Sequence record: NC_048182.1
Reading direction: 5' to 3' (one strand)
DNA length: 64,000 bases
Shown here: positions 51,133-61,319 of the stretch, piece after piece
Layout of the letters: the number at the start of each line of letters is the position of its first letter
How positions within the stretch are numbered: position 1 is the first letter of the stretch
Notes under the pieces: generated by a model
What the model was told of the DNA's origin: nothing
The model's database searches: none
What the model saw: the letters and a program-made list of their open reading frames with translations, nothing else
Translations under genes and position numbers: made by a program

Positions 51133-53934
51133 ATGACCGCATATTCGCTTGAATATACCCAAGACAGAAATCCAATGGTCGATTACGCCACGAAGAACAT
51201 GTGGGGTAATCCTGAACTCGATTCCCAGTATCAGATTAAACTGAGCAGGGTTTCGGGTAACCAGGGTTTCATTAACGATTTCCCTTTCTGGGGTAAGCGA
51301 CACCTGTTGCCTACCAATTTAGAATTCTATCATGTATTCAGTTTAGCTGGTCTTGATATTGGGTTCTGGAATATGGGAAGTCGTGGAGAGAGCTGGTATC
51401 CACACAATCAGTGGATTAAGGCAAGTACCTTTGCTCGTAATCGTGGCATCAATATTGATGTCTACGCGGGTAGCGGTTCCATGTGGGTACGTGATGAAAC
51501 GTACATCATGGATACGTTCCAAGGCGGTACATTACTGTGCATCCCTAAGAACATTAACTTCCCTCTCCCTGTGGGTAAAGAACTATATGTACATTGTTAC
51601 ACTGTTGATATCAACACACGCAATGTAACTGATCTTGTTAAATACTCCGTAGGGTACGTTGGTGATGTTTATCAAAAACCTGAAGACTTTGATCGCGTTA
51701 AGCTTAACTATGATACATGGAAAGCTTACGGCATGGGTCAAGTTCTATTCTGGCATAACGGTAAAACAAAAGACATCACTAAAGTATCTCCGGTTCCTGG
51801 TGACATGATTGAAGCAAGTTATGATCCCTCTATTGAAATCATTGCGAGCTACAAGTATTCTGAAATGCCTGATTACTATTCCGAACTGGATAGTAAAAGA
51901 AAGGTAATTCTATTCCCTGGGTTCCGAGACACCCCTCGTGTCTACCGTTACTATGATGACTGCATTTATTATGTCACCAACCGTCGTAACGGACAGATGT
52001 ATTACTTTAACCGTAACTCTGTTGACGCTGTTCGTCAATTGACTCATCAAGATTACGGGATGTGTGCAAGCTATGTTGATTACTTGACCGATCGTCATAT
52101 TAATGATGACAAGTCTGGGATGACAACTATTGCGGACATCGATATTACGGTTGCCTATCACAAAACACTATGGCAGGTTCCGGTTGGACCTACGTCAAGT
52201 CGCATTAACGATTTGTATTTGCTGGAAGACCCAGCAGACATTTTGAATGCACTAACAGGCATTCATTCCTCGATTCCAGAGTGGACAGCTAACAAGCTTG
52301 AAAACTCACCTACCAATTTGGTATTGAATCGTGATGTTCGTTATTTGAAGACTAAGGCGATTCGCGAAGGTCTTGGGTATAACGGTTGTGCTGTAGCGAT
52401 GAGTAATACTCCGCTCTATATGCCGTATGATCCCCCTGGTACACCTAACCACAAACCAATCTACACCACTCCTGACTATACCTCTGGTTTAGGATACCGT
52501 GTTCCACCTACTTATGTTGAGTACTCTACAGCGTATGAGTATGGGGAGGATGGATTACTGTTACGTTTACGTCAGGTAATCAATCAAGAATGGTACACCC
52601 CAAGTGAAGATTGCTTCTATGTCGAATGGGCATTGGGTAAAGCAACTCAGAAAGTTGATTATGTCGTTTCTCAACAGGACGTCAAGATCAGACTGGGGTA
52701 CGGGTTCCGAGTGTATAAGGCACCATACTCTCAACCGCCTGAACCACCTGAAGGTGATGGTAAAGAGATTAAAGTAAGTACTGATGGGACTAACCCTTAC
52801 GGTGAGAACGGTAAAGAGATCCGTGTTTGGGAACTTGATCAAGCTGAAGGGGAAGATCCAGATATTCCTGATGGCGGTCAAATTACCGGACCTTGGGTTG
52901 ATATCACTGGTGATGAAACACAGTACGAAATTATTGATGGTTATATTGTGTTCCGCTTTGACACCATTAACTATATGGGTCTGGTGGTTACCGACTATAA
53001 CCATATCTACAATAGTTTCAACTTGTCTCACATTGACAATTCCTTGTCCTTTGCAATTACTCGCTCTTGGACTATCGGGGATAAAATCCTTGAGATGGAA
53101 CCAGGTCAAATTGATATTTGGATGAACCGTCATCCTCTTATTGAAAACGTTGACTACTATCTTGACTTCCCTAACGTCTACATCACTAACAAGATGTGGT
53201 TAGTAGAGGGTGCTCAATTCTTCCAGTATCGCGCTACCGGACTGTCTAAGAACGGGCTGGTTAATTCTAGCGAGCTGGGATTTGTAGCTGACAGTGTTAT
53301 CGGTATGAACGGTCGTTATAACCTTCGTATCGACAGACCGACTAAGACCATTATCGGTGGTCGCTTGTTCTTAACTCAGACGCTTGATTCTGGTGAAGAC
53401 ATTAACCATGGACGTAACGTAAAGGACTATAATGGTTGGCCTTACGAAGTGAAACACATTTACTGTGCTAATAAATACGTCGATTGGTATGACACTTACT
53501 GGGGTTATGATGAAGCCCGTGAACTCGATAAGAGAATCTCGGATTATCTGACTGAACATGTGAAGTACAAACCGAAGACCGCTACTGATACGGTATATAT
53601 GGAAGATGATAAGTATCGTCTCTATTCTCCGTTCCTTAGTCTCATCGTCAATGAACTGGTATTAGGTTTCATGGATGCGCCTCCGGTGTCTGGTAAAGAA
53701 GTTCCTTACCCGGCCAGTGTGGTTGACAACTTGACACGCGAACATCAGTGGTTGTTGAAATACGACCCAATCGTTAATGACATTGATCTCCGTTTCTTTA
53801 CGGTTCAGCCGTATAACAACTTAGAGACCATTGAGGTGACAGCTGATCAGCTGACGTTCATTAAAACTGTTAACGATTTGTATCTTGGCGGTAAGGTCTT
53901 TATCGAGGGTTATTTTGAGGTGAAGAATGTTTGA
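51133..53934 (+). CDS. Baseplate/virion structural protein (phiKZ gp27-like position)
   Basis: 933 aa, beta-rich, located between sheath and terminase. Confidence 0.7.
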   Translation: MTAYSLEYTQDRNPMVDYATKNMWGNPELDSQYQIKLSRVSGNQGFINDFPFWGKRHLLPTNLEFYHVFSLAGLDIGFWNMGSRGESWYPHNQWIKASTFARNRGINIDVYAGSGSMWVRDETYIMDTFQGGTLLCIPKNINFPLPVGKELYVHCYTVDINTRNVTDLVKYSVGYVGDVYQKPEDFDRVKLNYDTWKAYGMGQVLFWHNGKTKDITKVSPVPGDMIEASYDPSIEIIASYKYSEMPDYYSELDSKRKVILFPGFRDTPRVYRYYDDCIYYVTNRRNGQMYYFNRNSVDAVRQLTHQDYGMCASYVDYLTDRHINDDKSGMTTIADIDITVAYHKTLWQVPVGPTSSRINDLYLLEDPADILNALTGIHSSIPEWTANKLENSPTNLVLNRDVRYLKTKAIREGLGYNGCAVAMSNTPLYMPYDPPGTPNHKPIYTTPDYTSGLGYRVPPTYVEYSTAYEYGEDGLLLRLRQVINQEWYTPSEDCFYVEWALGKATQKVDYVVSQQDVKIRLGYGFRVYKAPYSQPPEPPEGDGKEIKVSTDGTNPYGENGKEIRVWELDQAEGEDPDIPDGGQITGPWVDITGDETQYEIIDGYIVFRFDTINYMGLVVTDYNHIYNSFNLSHIDNSLSFAITRSWTIGDKILEMEPGQIDIWMNRHPLIENVDYYLDFPNVYITNKMWLVEGAQFFQYRATGLSKNGLVNSSELGFVADSVIGMNGRYNLRIDRPTKTIIGGRLFLTQTLDSGEDINHGRNVKDYNGWPYEVKHIYCANKYVDWYDTYWGYDEARELDKRISDYLTEHVKYKPKTATDTVYMEDDKYRLYSPFLSLIVNELVLGFMDAPPVSGKEVPYPASVVDNLTREHQWLLKYDPIVNDIDLRFFTVQPYNNLETIEVTADQLTFIKTVNDLYLGGKVFIEGYFEVKNV

Positions 53935-55663
53935 TAAAAATCCCAAAATCGTCTCGGACCCGGTAACTCCTGCAACGAGTACTAATGCGGAGAATAACGG
54001 TGACCGTAAGGTGGTTCGTTATTTGGATCAGATCTTTGATCCAGATATCCACCCCATCGAAGACCGAGCGAAGTACGTCGTCCCTTATGAAGGGGAAGTT
54101 GTACACGACACAGCCAACCACCGCATGCTCATCGTTAAACACGTTGACAAATATGCCACCTGGAAAACCACGTTTGAGAACTACTGGCTTCTGCCGGAAG
54201 AATCTAACGATGATTACGATCTGTTCCCTCAACATGAGTACGGATTCCTTCAGGGCGAGTTAGCATTCATGATCGATTATTCAGAGCGTCCTCCGGTCGC
54301 TCGTGTCGACAGCAATGCTACTGGTAATGATGCTGCTTACGCTATCATTTATAAAGGCAGTCTAATCAATGAGTTAGGTCTGGTGGTATCGGCAACGTAT
54401 GAAGGCCAGAATCTGGTCTCTAACAAAATTGCTGTTTCTCCGGTGATCTATGACAACATTGAGAACAGGACCGTGATGGGTTGTAATACTTTCAGTACTA
54501 CCCAGAATGAAGCGGCCATGCCAAATGGGACTAAGTGTACTTTGGTTTATTACGATGCAGCCGGTCGTCCTATTCCACCTACCTATCCCCTGGTAGTGCA
54601 GCAGTGTGCTTACATGCGTGATCACCAGTTGAGTGTTCGCTATGTTAAGTCCATTGAGTTACTGGCCCCGTGGTTTACTAACAGCATGCGTCCTCGCACC
54701 ATGTTTGTTCCGATCAACTTACCGTTAACGGCGATTGAGTTCCGTGCTGTAGTTCACTTCAGCGATGGCTCAAAAGAAGAACATCCAGTTAACTCCATCT
54801 CTGGAGATTACGGGTTCACCATTCACGGTATTGATCAGTATAAGCCAACGACACCGAATCAGGTATCCGATGCAATCGTTCTTACTTACGCTTTTAAAGA
54901 AAGCGAGCAAGCTCTTATTGTACAGCCTGGATCTCCTCGTCACATATCTGAAAGCTATGAGATTGTGGCGACTCCTGCTCAGGGTGCTTATAGTCCTCGC
55001 ATCTATACCTATCCTTATTGGGATCCTACTGTTGGTTGGAGAAATAAACACTTCACTACAGATCTGGATCGTAAGTATTGCCGCGATGTTACAGACATCA
55101 CAACTCTGAACGAATCTTCTCCTGTGTTTGAAGGTAAGAAGTATGGTGAAGAGCAACCGATGATCTTTAACCTGAACATGCGAGATGTTTCTGCGGTCTA
55201 TGAGCCATGGGCATTTGTTCAGCACACTACGATCACTCTGTATAACCCACCAAGCAATGTAGGTCGTAAATGGGATGTTCGTCATTCCTATTCTCGTCCT
55301 CCATTCTCTCCATTAACTGTTGAATACGTACCTCAGGTCAACTCAACGGTTCTGGCTAAGTTTGCTGGTTTGGCAGATGTAACGGCATTTGTTGCTGAAG
55401 GGTATCTGAAGTTCGAGCCAATGTTCGATCCTCGTACCGAGGTCAAAGCTCCAGATCCAACTCACTTTGATTTGGTTCGTGTGGATGGTACTGCTCGCAC
55501 TGGTATTCCAATTGCAAGCTTCAACAATCTTCCTATCTCTGACTTGACGTTAGCTGATGGTGAGACTCTGTATATCCGTTGGGTCCGTCGTGACTCTACT
55601 GGCGCAGAACTGCAACTGGGTGTATCCGCAGCACTGACCAAGCAAGTAACTGCTTTTAGTTAA
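53927..55663 (+). CDS. Baseplate/virion structural protein (phiKZ gp26-like position)
   Basis: 578 aa, beta-rich, convergent with the terminase. Confidence 0.7.
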   Translation: MFDKNPKIVSDPVTPATSTNAENNGDRKVVRYLDQIFDPDIHPIEDRAKYVVPYEGEVVHDTANHRMLIVKHVDKYATWKTTFENYWLLPEESNDDYDLFPQHEYGFLQGELAFMIDYSERPPVARVDSNATGNDAAYAIIYKGSLINELGLVVSATYEGQNLVSNKIAVSPVIYDNIENRTVMGCNTFSTTQNEAAMPNGTKCTLVYYDAAGRPIPPTYPLVVQQCAYMRDHQLSVRYVKSIELLAPWFTNSMRPRTMFVPINLPLTAIEFRAVVHFSDGSKEEHPVNSISGDYGFTIHGIDQYKPTTPNQVSDAIVLTYAFKESEQALIVQPGSPRHISESYEIVATPAQGAYSPRIYTYPYWDPTVGWRNKHFTTDLDRKYCRDVTDITTLNESSPVFEGKKYGEEQPMIFNLNMRDVSAVYEPWAFVQHTTITLYNPPSNVGRKWDVRHSYSRPPFSPLTVEYVPQVNSTVLAKFAGLADVTAFVAEGYLKFEPMFDPRTEVKAPDPTHFDLVRVDGTARTGIPIASFNNLPISDLTLADGETLYIRWVRRDSTGAELQLGVSAALTKQVTAFS

Positions 55664-55675
55664 TAAAGCATAACC

Positions 55676-55706
55676 CCCCTACCCCTCCTCACGGAGTGGG
55701 TAGGGG
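55676..55706. terminator. Conserved palindromic hairpin
   Basis: cccctaccc-ctcc-tcac-ggag-t-gggtagggg between convergent genes. Confidence 0.75.
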
Positions 55707-55716
55707 AATATGTTTG

Positions 55717-58047
55717 TTAGAAACGATTGAATCGACCAAAGCGAGATTTCTTGGCTCTTGCATCAACAAGACGTTTTTGTCTTTCTTGTTTAGCGTTCTC
55801 AATAATTTCATCAATAGTAATTGTCTTACGCATTTCTTTAGGGATCAGCGTAGACAGTTTACGAACCTCTGCTTCAATACGATTAGCGATGGTTGCATTA
55901 TCGGTATTGAGAAGTTCTTTGGTCAGACTGTTGATGCGCTCTTTAATACGAATGAACATATCTAACTGGGCTTTGGTATACTGGGGTTCATCGCCATTGT
56001 CTTTCAGAGTTTTAACCTCTGTCATGGTAGCACCCTGTGGCACTCCATAATAAGACTTGTTATAACCAAGCTTAATAAACCAGTAAGTCAGTAACCAAGC
56101 AATGACCAAGTCATCGTGTCCTTTTGACGCGTGGTCAATACGTCCATCTTTATCAACTTCCAATCCGATCAGTTCATCGATAAGTAACGGATACCCAATC
56201 CCTGCACCAGTAAGGCTAACAGCTTCAAAGATAAAGCCATACATCTCACGACGAGTTTGTGGGGTGGTTGCAAATCCAAACTTACCTTTATATTTGAGGT
56301 AGAACTCTTTTGTTCTGTATTTGAAGTTAACTTCTTTTACATCACGGAGTTCTTTCTCATAACGAATTGGATATTGATAGATGTCATTGAACAGTCGTTT
56401 AAATGGATCAATACCATAAGCAGGCAGAGTAATAAGCAGTCGCTCAATCATCATTGCTGCACGGTTACGTTCAATAACGAGCATGGAGTTAGGGATGCGT
56501 ATCAGGAGCTCTTTAACCACGTCTGTAACGTCATCAAGGAATGCAAGAGGATAACGTCCTGTCCCAATTACCTCACCGCTCTTAAGACGTCTGAGGACCA
56601 ATGTACAGGCATCTCGGTCGTTTGCATCTGAGGTATCCATCCCCATCAGTATAAACTCATCTTCAGCGTTAATGTAGAAGTTAAGTTCTTCTTCTGAAAT
56701 GAACCAGTCAACAAACAAGCCAGTATCAAGAATCTCTTCGTTTCTTAAGAAAGATTTCTTACTCCCTGCTAAAGACTCACGGGTGAAGTCGTCGAAGAGT
56801 TTGTTCATCCCTTCTTCGGTCCACATCATCAACAAGTCGATCTTAGCCTTAGACCAAGACAGACCCAGTTTATCCATGGTCTCTTTAACCCAGTTAGGAC
56901 CAAAGCCTAATTGGAGGTGAGTAAACATCATACCAATGCGAGGAGAGGTAGTCTTAACTGGGGATGCTTTAATGCAACGCTGAACCAAATGAGACTCAGA
57001 GAAGCTATCGTAGAACGATTCACGCCACTCAGTAGAGTTCTTAAAGTCATCGTGCATGTAACGACCTTCCGCCTTCAGGATCGAGTTAGGCGTTGTCGCT
57101 TTGGCTGTAAAGTAAGGAATACCTTTTTCACGTGCTTCTTTCTGCGCCGTCAGTGTTGCTGGCGCTGCACCGTTTACGATGTTTTCAATGTACTTCGTCC
57201 AAGCAGGTTCGTCGTACAAGAGAACTTCAAAGGTAGAACCACGAGCCACGTTCTCTGCGCCGTCCTCACCACCAGACGGTACACGAACTTCAAAGGTGTT
57301 CTTTTTGTCAGCTCCGAATGCTTCATATGAAAGAATATTACCAGCATCCTTATCCTTATATGTCATGTTACACATGTAATAAGGGAGTGCCGATCGTATC
57401 TTCTTAATTGCTTCCACGAACTGCATACGGTTACTTGCGGCCAGGGTAATCAGACCAGTACGGAAACCACGACCTGTCAAATACTGCATAATAAATGTCA
57501 GTACCTGCATCCCTACTGTTTTACCTGACTGACGAGGCATCAAGATAGTAGTAGGGAGGTGGTTCAAGCAACACCAGATAAAACTGATTACAGCACGGTT
57601 AGCACGGAAGCGTGAGGAGCCGTTGACTTTCACTACTTCACGAATTGCATACCAGATGTTCTCATTACACTCGTTGAGAATCATCATCTGTTGTTCATCC
57701 GTCAGATTAGGATCCCATGGGTCAAGATCTTTAATCAACGGGTTGTTAATTTGTAAGAGGAAGTAATAGTTCTTGATCCCCATCTGTCTGAACAGTTCAG
57801 CAGTACGGAGGAACGACTTATTACTTGTCTCTAAATGAACCCCCGCCCCATAACGGGAGAAGTCCTTTAAGAAGCGCACGGTCTTCAGAGTCCATAAGCT
57901 GTCTTCTTCATAGTGAGCCACGATTCGTTGATCGAGATCATCTAAAAGAGTTCGCTTATCCTTATCGTCCATAAGGTATTCTGGAAGAGCCGCCGCTTTA
58001 CCTCCTAAATGCGTTAGGAGCTTCTTAGCGAGGCTTAACTTGTCCAT
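55717..58047 (-). CDS. terL: Terminase large subunit
   Basis: Walker A MPRQSGKT, Walker B VLLYDE, nuclease motifs MGMDTS and GHDDLVIA. Confidence 0.93.
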   Translation of the reverse strand: MDKLSLAKKLLTHLGGKAAALPEYLMDDKDKRTLLDDLDQRIVAHYEEDSLWTLKTVRFLKDFSRYGAGVHLETSNKSFLRTAELFRQMGIKNYYFLLQINNPLIKDLDPWDPNLTDEQQMMILNECNENIWYAIREVVKVNGSSRFRANRAVISFIWCCLNHLPTTILMPRQSGKTVGMQVLTFIMQYLTGRGFRTGLITLAASNRMQFVEAIKKIRSALPYYMCNMTYKDKDAGNILSYEAFGADKKNTFEVRVPSGGEDGAENVARGSTFEVLLYDEPAWTKYIENIVNGAAPATLTAQKEAREKGIPYFTAKATTPNSILKAEGRYMHDDFKNSTEWRESFYDSFSESHLVQRCIKASPVKTTSPRIGMMFTHLQLGFGPNWVKETMDKLGLSWSKAKIDLLMMWTEEGMNKLFDDFTRESLAGSKKSFLRNEEILDTGLFVDWFISEEELNFYINAEDEFILMGMDTSDANDRDACTLVLRRLKSGEVIGTGRYPLAFLDDVTDVVKELLIRIPNSMLVIERNRAAMMIERLLITLPAYGIDPFKRLFNDIYQYPIRYEKELRDVKEVNFKYRTKEFYLKYKGKFGFATTPQTRREMYGFIFEAVSLTGAGIGYPLLIDELIGLEVDKDGRIDHASKGHDDLVIAWLLTYWFIKLGYNKSYYGVPQGATMTEVKTLKDNGDEPQYTKAQLDMFIRIKERINSLTKELLNTDNATIANRIEAEVRKLSTLIPKEMRKTITIDEIIENAKQERQKRLVDARAKKSRFGRFNRF

Positions 58048-58153
58048 TCACACATTCACCTTGTCTGTAAATTGAGAAGCGCACAGAGCGCCGTAGGCAC
58101 TATGCCTTATCAAAGTATAGTCAAACCATAATTCATGGTAATCTAACAAAGAC

Positions 58154-58182
58154 CCCTACCCACTCCGAAAGGAGGGGTAGGG
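58154..58182 (-). terminator. Conserved palindromic hairpin (reverse orientation)
   Basis: ccctaccc-a-ctcc-gaaa-ggag-gggtaggg; a UUUC loop on the minus strand. Confidence 0.7.
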
Positions 58183-58198
58183 TTATCTTTAATTTATT

Positions 58199-58813
58199 TT
58201 ACTCTGGATCTTTCTCACCAAGTAATACAAGGATTTCATCGACTGTGGTGTGTTCATTGATGTAATGAACTTTGGTTTTACCATTCAGACCGATAATCTC
58301 CAGCGAGCGGATATACTTCTCACGAAGTTCATTCCAGTTAGCTTCTGTCTTGAGGAAGAGATCTTTTTCATCAACTGCACGGTTACAGTTGGCGAGACGC
58401 TCTAAGAAGGTAGCATGACTGATGTCAATGAAGAAGATGTGATCAGGATAGATATCGTGACCAGCAGTTCTCAACATCTCTTCGTTAGCACGCAACACAG
58501 CACTACATGGCATGGTTGGGGTTGATTGATAAACCATTGAGGACACCACACAACGATCTGAAATCAGACCGCTATAACGGTGTTCTGCAACGACTTCATC
58601 AAAGCAGTCAATACGGCCAGCGATGATCATCATCATCTCGTAGTGCTTAGGAAGGTAATTCGCATTGTTCATACGCTTTACTTCTGCTGCATGTTCATTA
58701 CCAGTGTACGGTTCATTTACCGTGTGCCAGCCCAGAGCTGCGGCTAAACGTTTAGCCAGTTCTGATTTACCTGCAAAGTCAAGTCCTTCAAGGACGGCAT
58801 ACTTACCAAACAT
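58199..58813 (-). CDS. tmk: Thymidylate kinase
   Basis: P-loop LEGLDFAGKS, EPY and DR..SSMVYQ. Confidence 0.9.
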   Translation of the reverse strand: MFGKYAVLEGLDFAGKSELAKRLAAALGWHTVNEPYTGNEHAAEVKRMNNANYLPKHYEMMMIIAGRIDCFDEVVAEHRYSGLISDRCVVSSMVYQSTPTMPCSAVLRANEEMLRTAGHDIYPDHIFFIDISHATFLERLANCNRAVDEKDLFLKTEANWNELREKYIRSLEIIGLNGKTKVHYINEHTTVDEILVLLGEKDPE

Positions 58814-60285
58814 TAGACCATACTCTCCATTGTCAAAGTTCGAAGGACAATATAAAGCATCAACGAAGTACGCAAAGACGTGATCTTAATATCCGTCTTG
58901 ATACCCGTCATTGCTTTAACAATCTCGTCCCCATTATTTCGGAGCTTCAGCAATAGAGCGTTAGAGGATTTACTTGAAGTATACGCACCACGAATTTTAA
59001 AGAAGATCTCTTTAATGTTGTTGTGTCGAATACTGTTGCTGTTGAGGTACTCAAACAAATGAGCAATTACGTCATCAACAAACTCACGATACTTCTCACC
59101 TTTAGCGTGAGCATACTGGATTGGGAAATCCCGGAGTATCATTTCAAGCTTATCCGCATCGGTTCTTGGAATCGCTGCAGCTGCATAAGTTGCTAACTCC
59201 TGTTTGAAAAAACTATTCTTATCATTCAGGACGCCACTGATGTAGTTGCGATAACGCGTTTCCTTTTTCTGAACATCTTTGATATTCAATTCACCGTCAA
59301 GTACGGCCAGACCGGAATCAGTTTCCACCAGGTCAACGGAATCCTTAATCTCATAGAGAACTTTGGTGTAGTCGTTGATTACACCTTTGAGACGGGATTC
59401 CATATCGTTCACCATGTAAACGATCTTCTTATCGTTATCCATCTTAGCAATAGTATCAAAGTGAATACCAGTACGAGGATCGATAATGAACTCAGCACGA
59501 GCACGGAAGAGATCATTCCATGAACCATAGCGCTTGATATCAAACTTCAGAGAGAGCTTGTTATACGCCGTTACAGCCACACTGTGTTTGACCAGGTAAC
59601 CGTAATAGTGGTTCATGATAGAAGTCATGATACGATAGTGGAAAAGCATGATGAGGTTAATCATCGCATCTTCTTTAAGGTTACGAGGGAGATCAGACAC
59701 CCATACCTTATGAAGAAGATAAACGCAAGACAAGTTAAAGACTTCAGATGAAACTTTAAAGTCTTTGTTGATCCATTTGGTTTTGATCAACTCATCACGA
59801 AGACGTACTTCATCAACATCGATAATGTCACGGAAGAAAGTAACACGGTCAGACGTTTTAAAGAGAACACGGTGAGTACCGAGATATGGAGATCCAAAGA
59901 ACTCTGTGTGGTCATTGTCTTTAGTAGCAAATCCATAAACGTAACGTTTGAGGGTTTTTACCCAACGTTCGTTAATAATGAGATCATCGACTAAACCGTC
60001 AAAGATATCTTTAACCGCATCGTCACGGTTATAGTTAAAGTTTGGTTGTAGTGCTTCCATCCCAGCAACAAACTCTGGGGTGAGCATGTGTTCCATACCA
60101 CCGAACTGATTCAGGGGAGTATATGGACCAAACATGGTTACGGGGCTAAGAGGGTTGGCGGATTCTATCCCTGCCAACATCTCTTGCAATTCTGGATCGG
60201 CCATTGAGCGTTCATACAACTCTTCCGGCGTCAAGTCCACATAACGGTATTTAATAATACCGCTATAAAGATCGCGTTTATCCAC
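58813..60285 (-). CDS. Virion structural protein with a cleavable N-terminus (phiKZ gp32-like position)
   Basis: 490 aa; AGIES, GGMEH and AGMEA motifs in the first 80 aa. Confidence 0.65.
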   Translation of the reverse strand: MDKRDLYSGIIKYRYVDLTPEELYERSMADPELQEMLAGIESANPLSPVTMFGPYTPLNQFGGMEHMLTPEFVAGMEALQPNFNYNRDDAVKDIFDGLVDDLIINERWVKTLKRYVYGFATKDNDHTEFFGSPYLGTHRVLFKTSDRVTFFRDIIDVDEVRLRDELIKTKWINKDFKVSSEVFNLSCVYLLHKVWVSDLPRNLKEDAMINLIMLFHYRIMTSIMNHYYGYLVKHSVAVTAYNKLSLKFDIKRYGSWNDLFRARAEFIIDPRTGIHFDTIAKMDNDKKIVYMVNDMESRLKGVINDYTKVLYEIKDSVDLVETDSGLAVLDGELNIKDVQKKETRYRNYISGVLNDKNSFFKQELATYAAAAIPRTDADKLEMILRDFPIQYAHAKGEKYREFVDDVIAHLFEYLNSNSIRHNNIKEIFFKIRGAYTSSKSSNALLLKLRNNGDEIVKAMTGIKTDIKITSLRTSLMLYIVLRTLTMESMV

Positions 60286-61130
60286 TACCGTTTCCTTGGA
60301 ACCATCATTTTGAGAGAATCGGCTTTACCTTTCGGATCTGAATAAGCAAAGATCTTTTTCATCTCATTATAATACATATCTTTGAAAGACTGCCCTGCAT
60401 CTGAGTAACCCTGTATTTCATCCTGGATGTCTTCAACAGTTACGCCAAAACGAGACACAGCTTCTTGCATCCCACGGCGACAGTGTTTGTAGATATACGC
60501 TTTGGTACCCCATTCCACCCACTCAGCAAACTTGTCATGAGATTTTGGATGAAGGGTAGTAAAGTGATCATCAAAAGCCAATACGACTTTAGCGATCATA
60601 TTAAACAATGCAGAACCTGCATCGCGGATAATAAAGGAGTTATTACCCGTCATGGTAATGTTGGTAAAGGTACGCTGAACGTTACCATCATCAAGACCGT
60701 TGATCAGACGACTTAATGCGTTGTTCATTTGACCTGTACCGCAGGTAGCATAACCGGCAAAATTATTGCCGTTCATAATAGCCCGGTTGATATTTCCAGG
60801 ATAGACTTCGATAACCTGCATGATACGACGACCACCGGTTAAGAAGTCTGGTACGTTAACGGCAATTACACCGCCTGCAAGATTTTCAATTCGAGCATAA
60901 CTCAAATCGACAACCTCGGTAGTACCGCCAGCGACGTCCATTAAAGGCGCACACATCTTCATGATGACCTTTTCACGAATCCCCTGATCGATACTAAATT
61001 CAGTATTCACGGGTTGCCAAACTGATCCATAGCCGTTGTTGGGATTCTCAAAAGCGAGCTTCAACATGTACGGCGATATATCAGATGGACCATCCTGAAT
61101 ATAGTTGATGGCAAAATCTATAGCGCTCAT
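60285..61130 (-). CDS. Probable virion structural protein
   Basis: 281 aa, translationally coupled to the downstream gene. Confidence 0.65.
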   Translation of the reverse strand: MSAIDFAINYIQDGPSDISPYMLKLAFENPNNGYGSVWQPVNTEFSIDQGIREKVIMKMCAPLMDVAGGTTEVVDLSYARIENLAGGVIAVNVPDFLTGGRRIMQVIEVYPGNINRAIMNGNNFAGYATCGTGQMNNALSRLINGLDDGNVQRTFTNITMTGNNSFIIRDAGSALFNMIAKVVLAFDDHFTTLHPKSHDKFAEWVEWGTKAYIYKHCRRGMQEAVSRFGVTVEDIQDEIQGYSDAGQSFKDMYYNEMKKIFAYSDPKGKADSLKMMVPRKR

Positions 61131-61173
61131 TTATAATACCCTTGCAAGGAAGTTACAAAACATTCAGCATAAA

Positions 61174-61205
61174 CCCCCTACCCCGCCCGAAGGTGAGGTA
61201 GGGGG
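61174..61205 (-). terminator. Conserved-family hairpin with a cUUCGg loop ending the ncRNA block
   Basis: Minus strand ccccctacc-uc-acc-UUCG-ggc-gg-gguaggggg-uuu; G.U pairs form only on the minus strand. Confidence 0.75.
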
Positions 61206-61216
61206 AGTACGATCTT

Positions 61217-61312
61217 GCATCCGACGGTTCCTAAAGGTCTGGAATCCTTTATATCTGGAACCCGTTTCGTCCACTTGTTTTACATCGCCGGACTCGTCAG
61301 GGTTTGCGATGC
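61217..61312 (-). ncRNA. Type I hammerhead ribozyme
   Basis: Minus strand: CUGACGA (61300-61294), stem II GUCC/GGAC, GAAA (61268-61265), stem III CGG(G)UUCC/GGAACCG, GUC triplet (61225-61223), stem I GCAU..CC/GG-AUGC. Confidence 0.88.
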
Positions 61313-61319
61313 TACTCCA

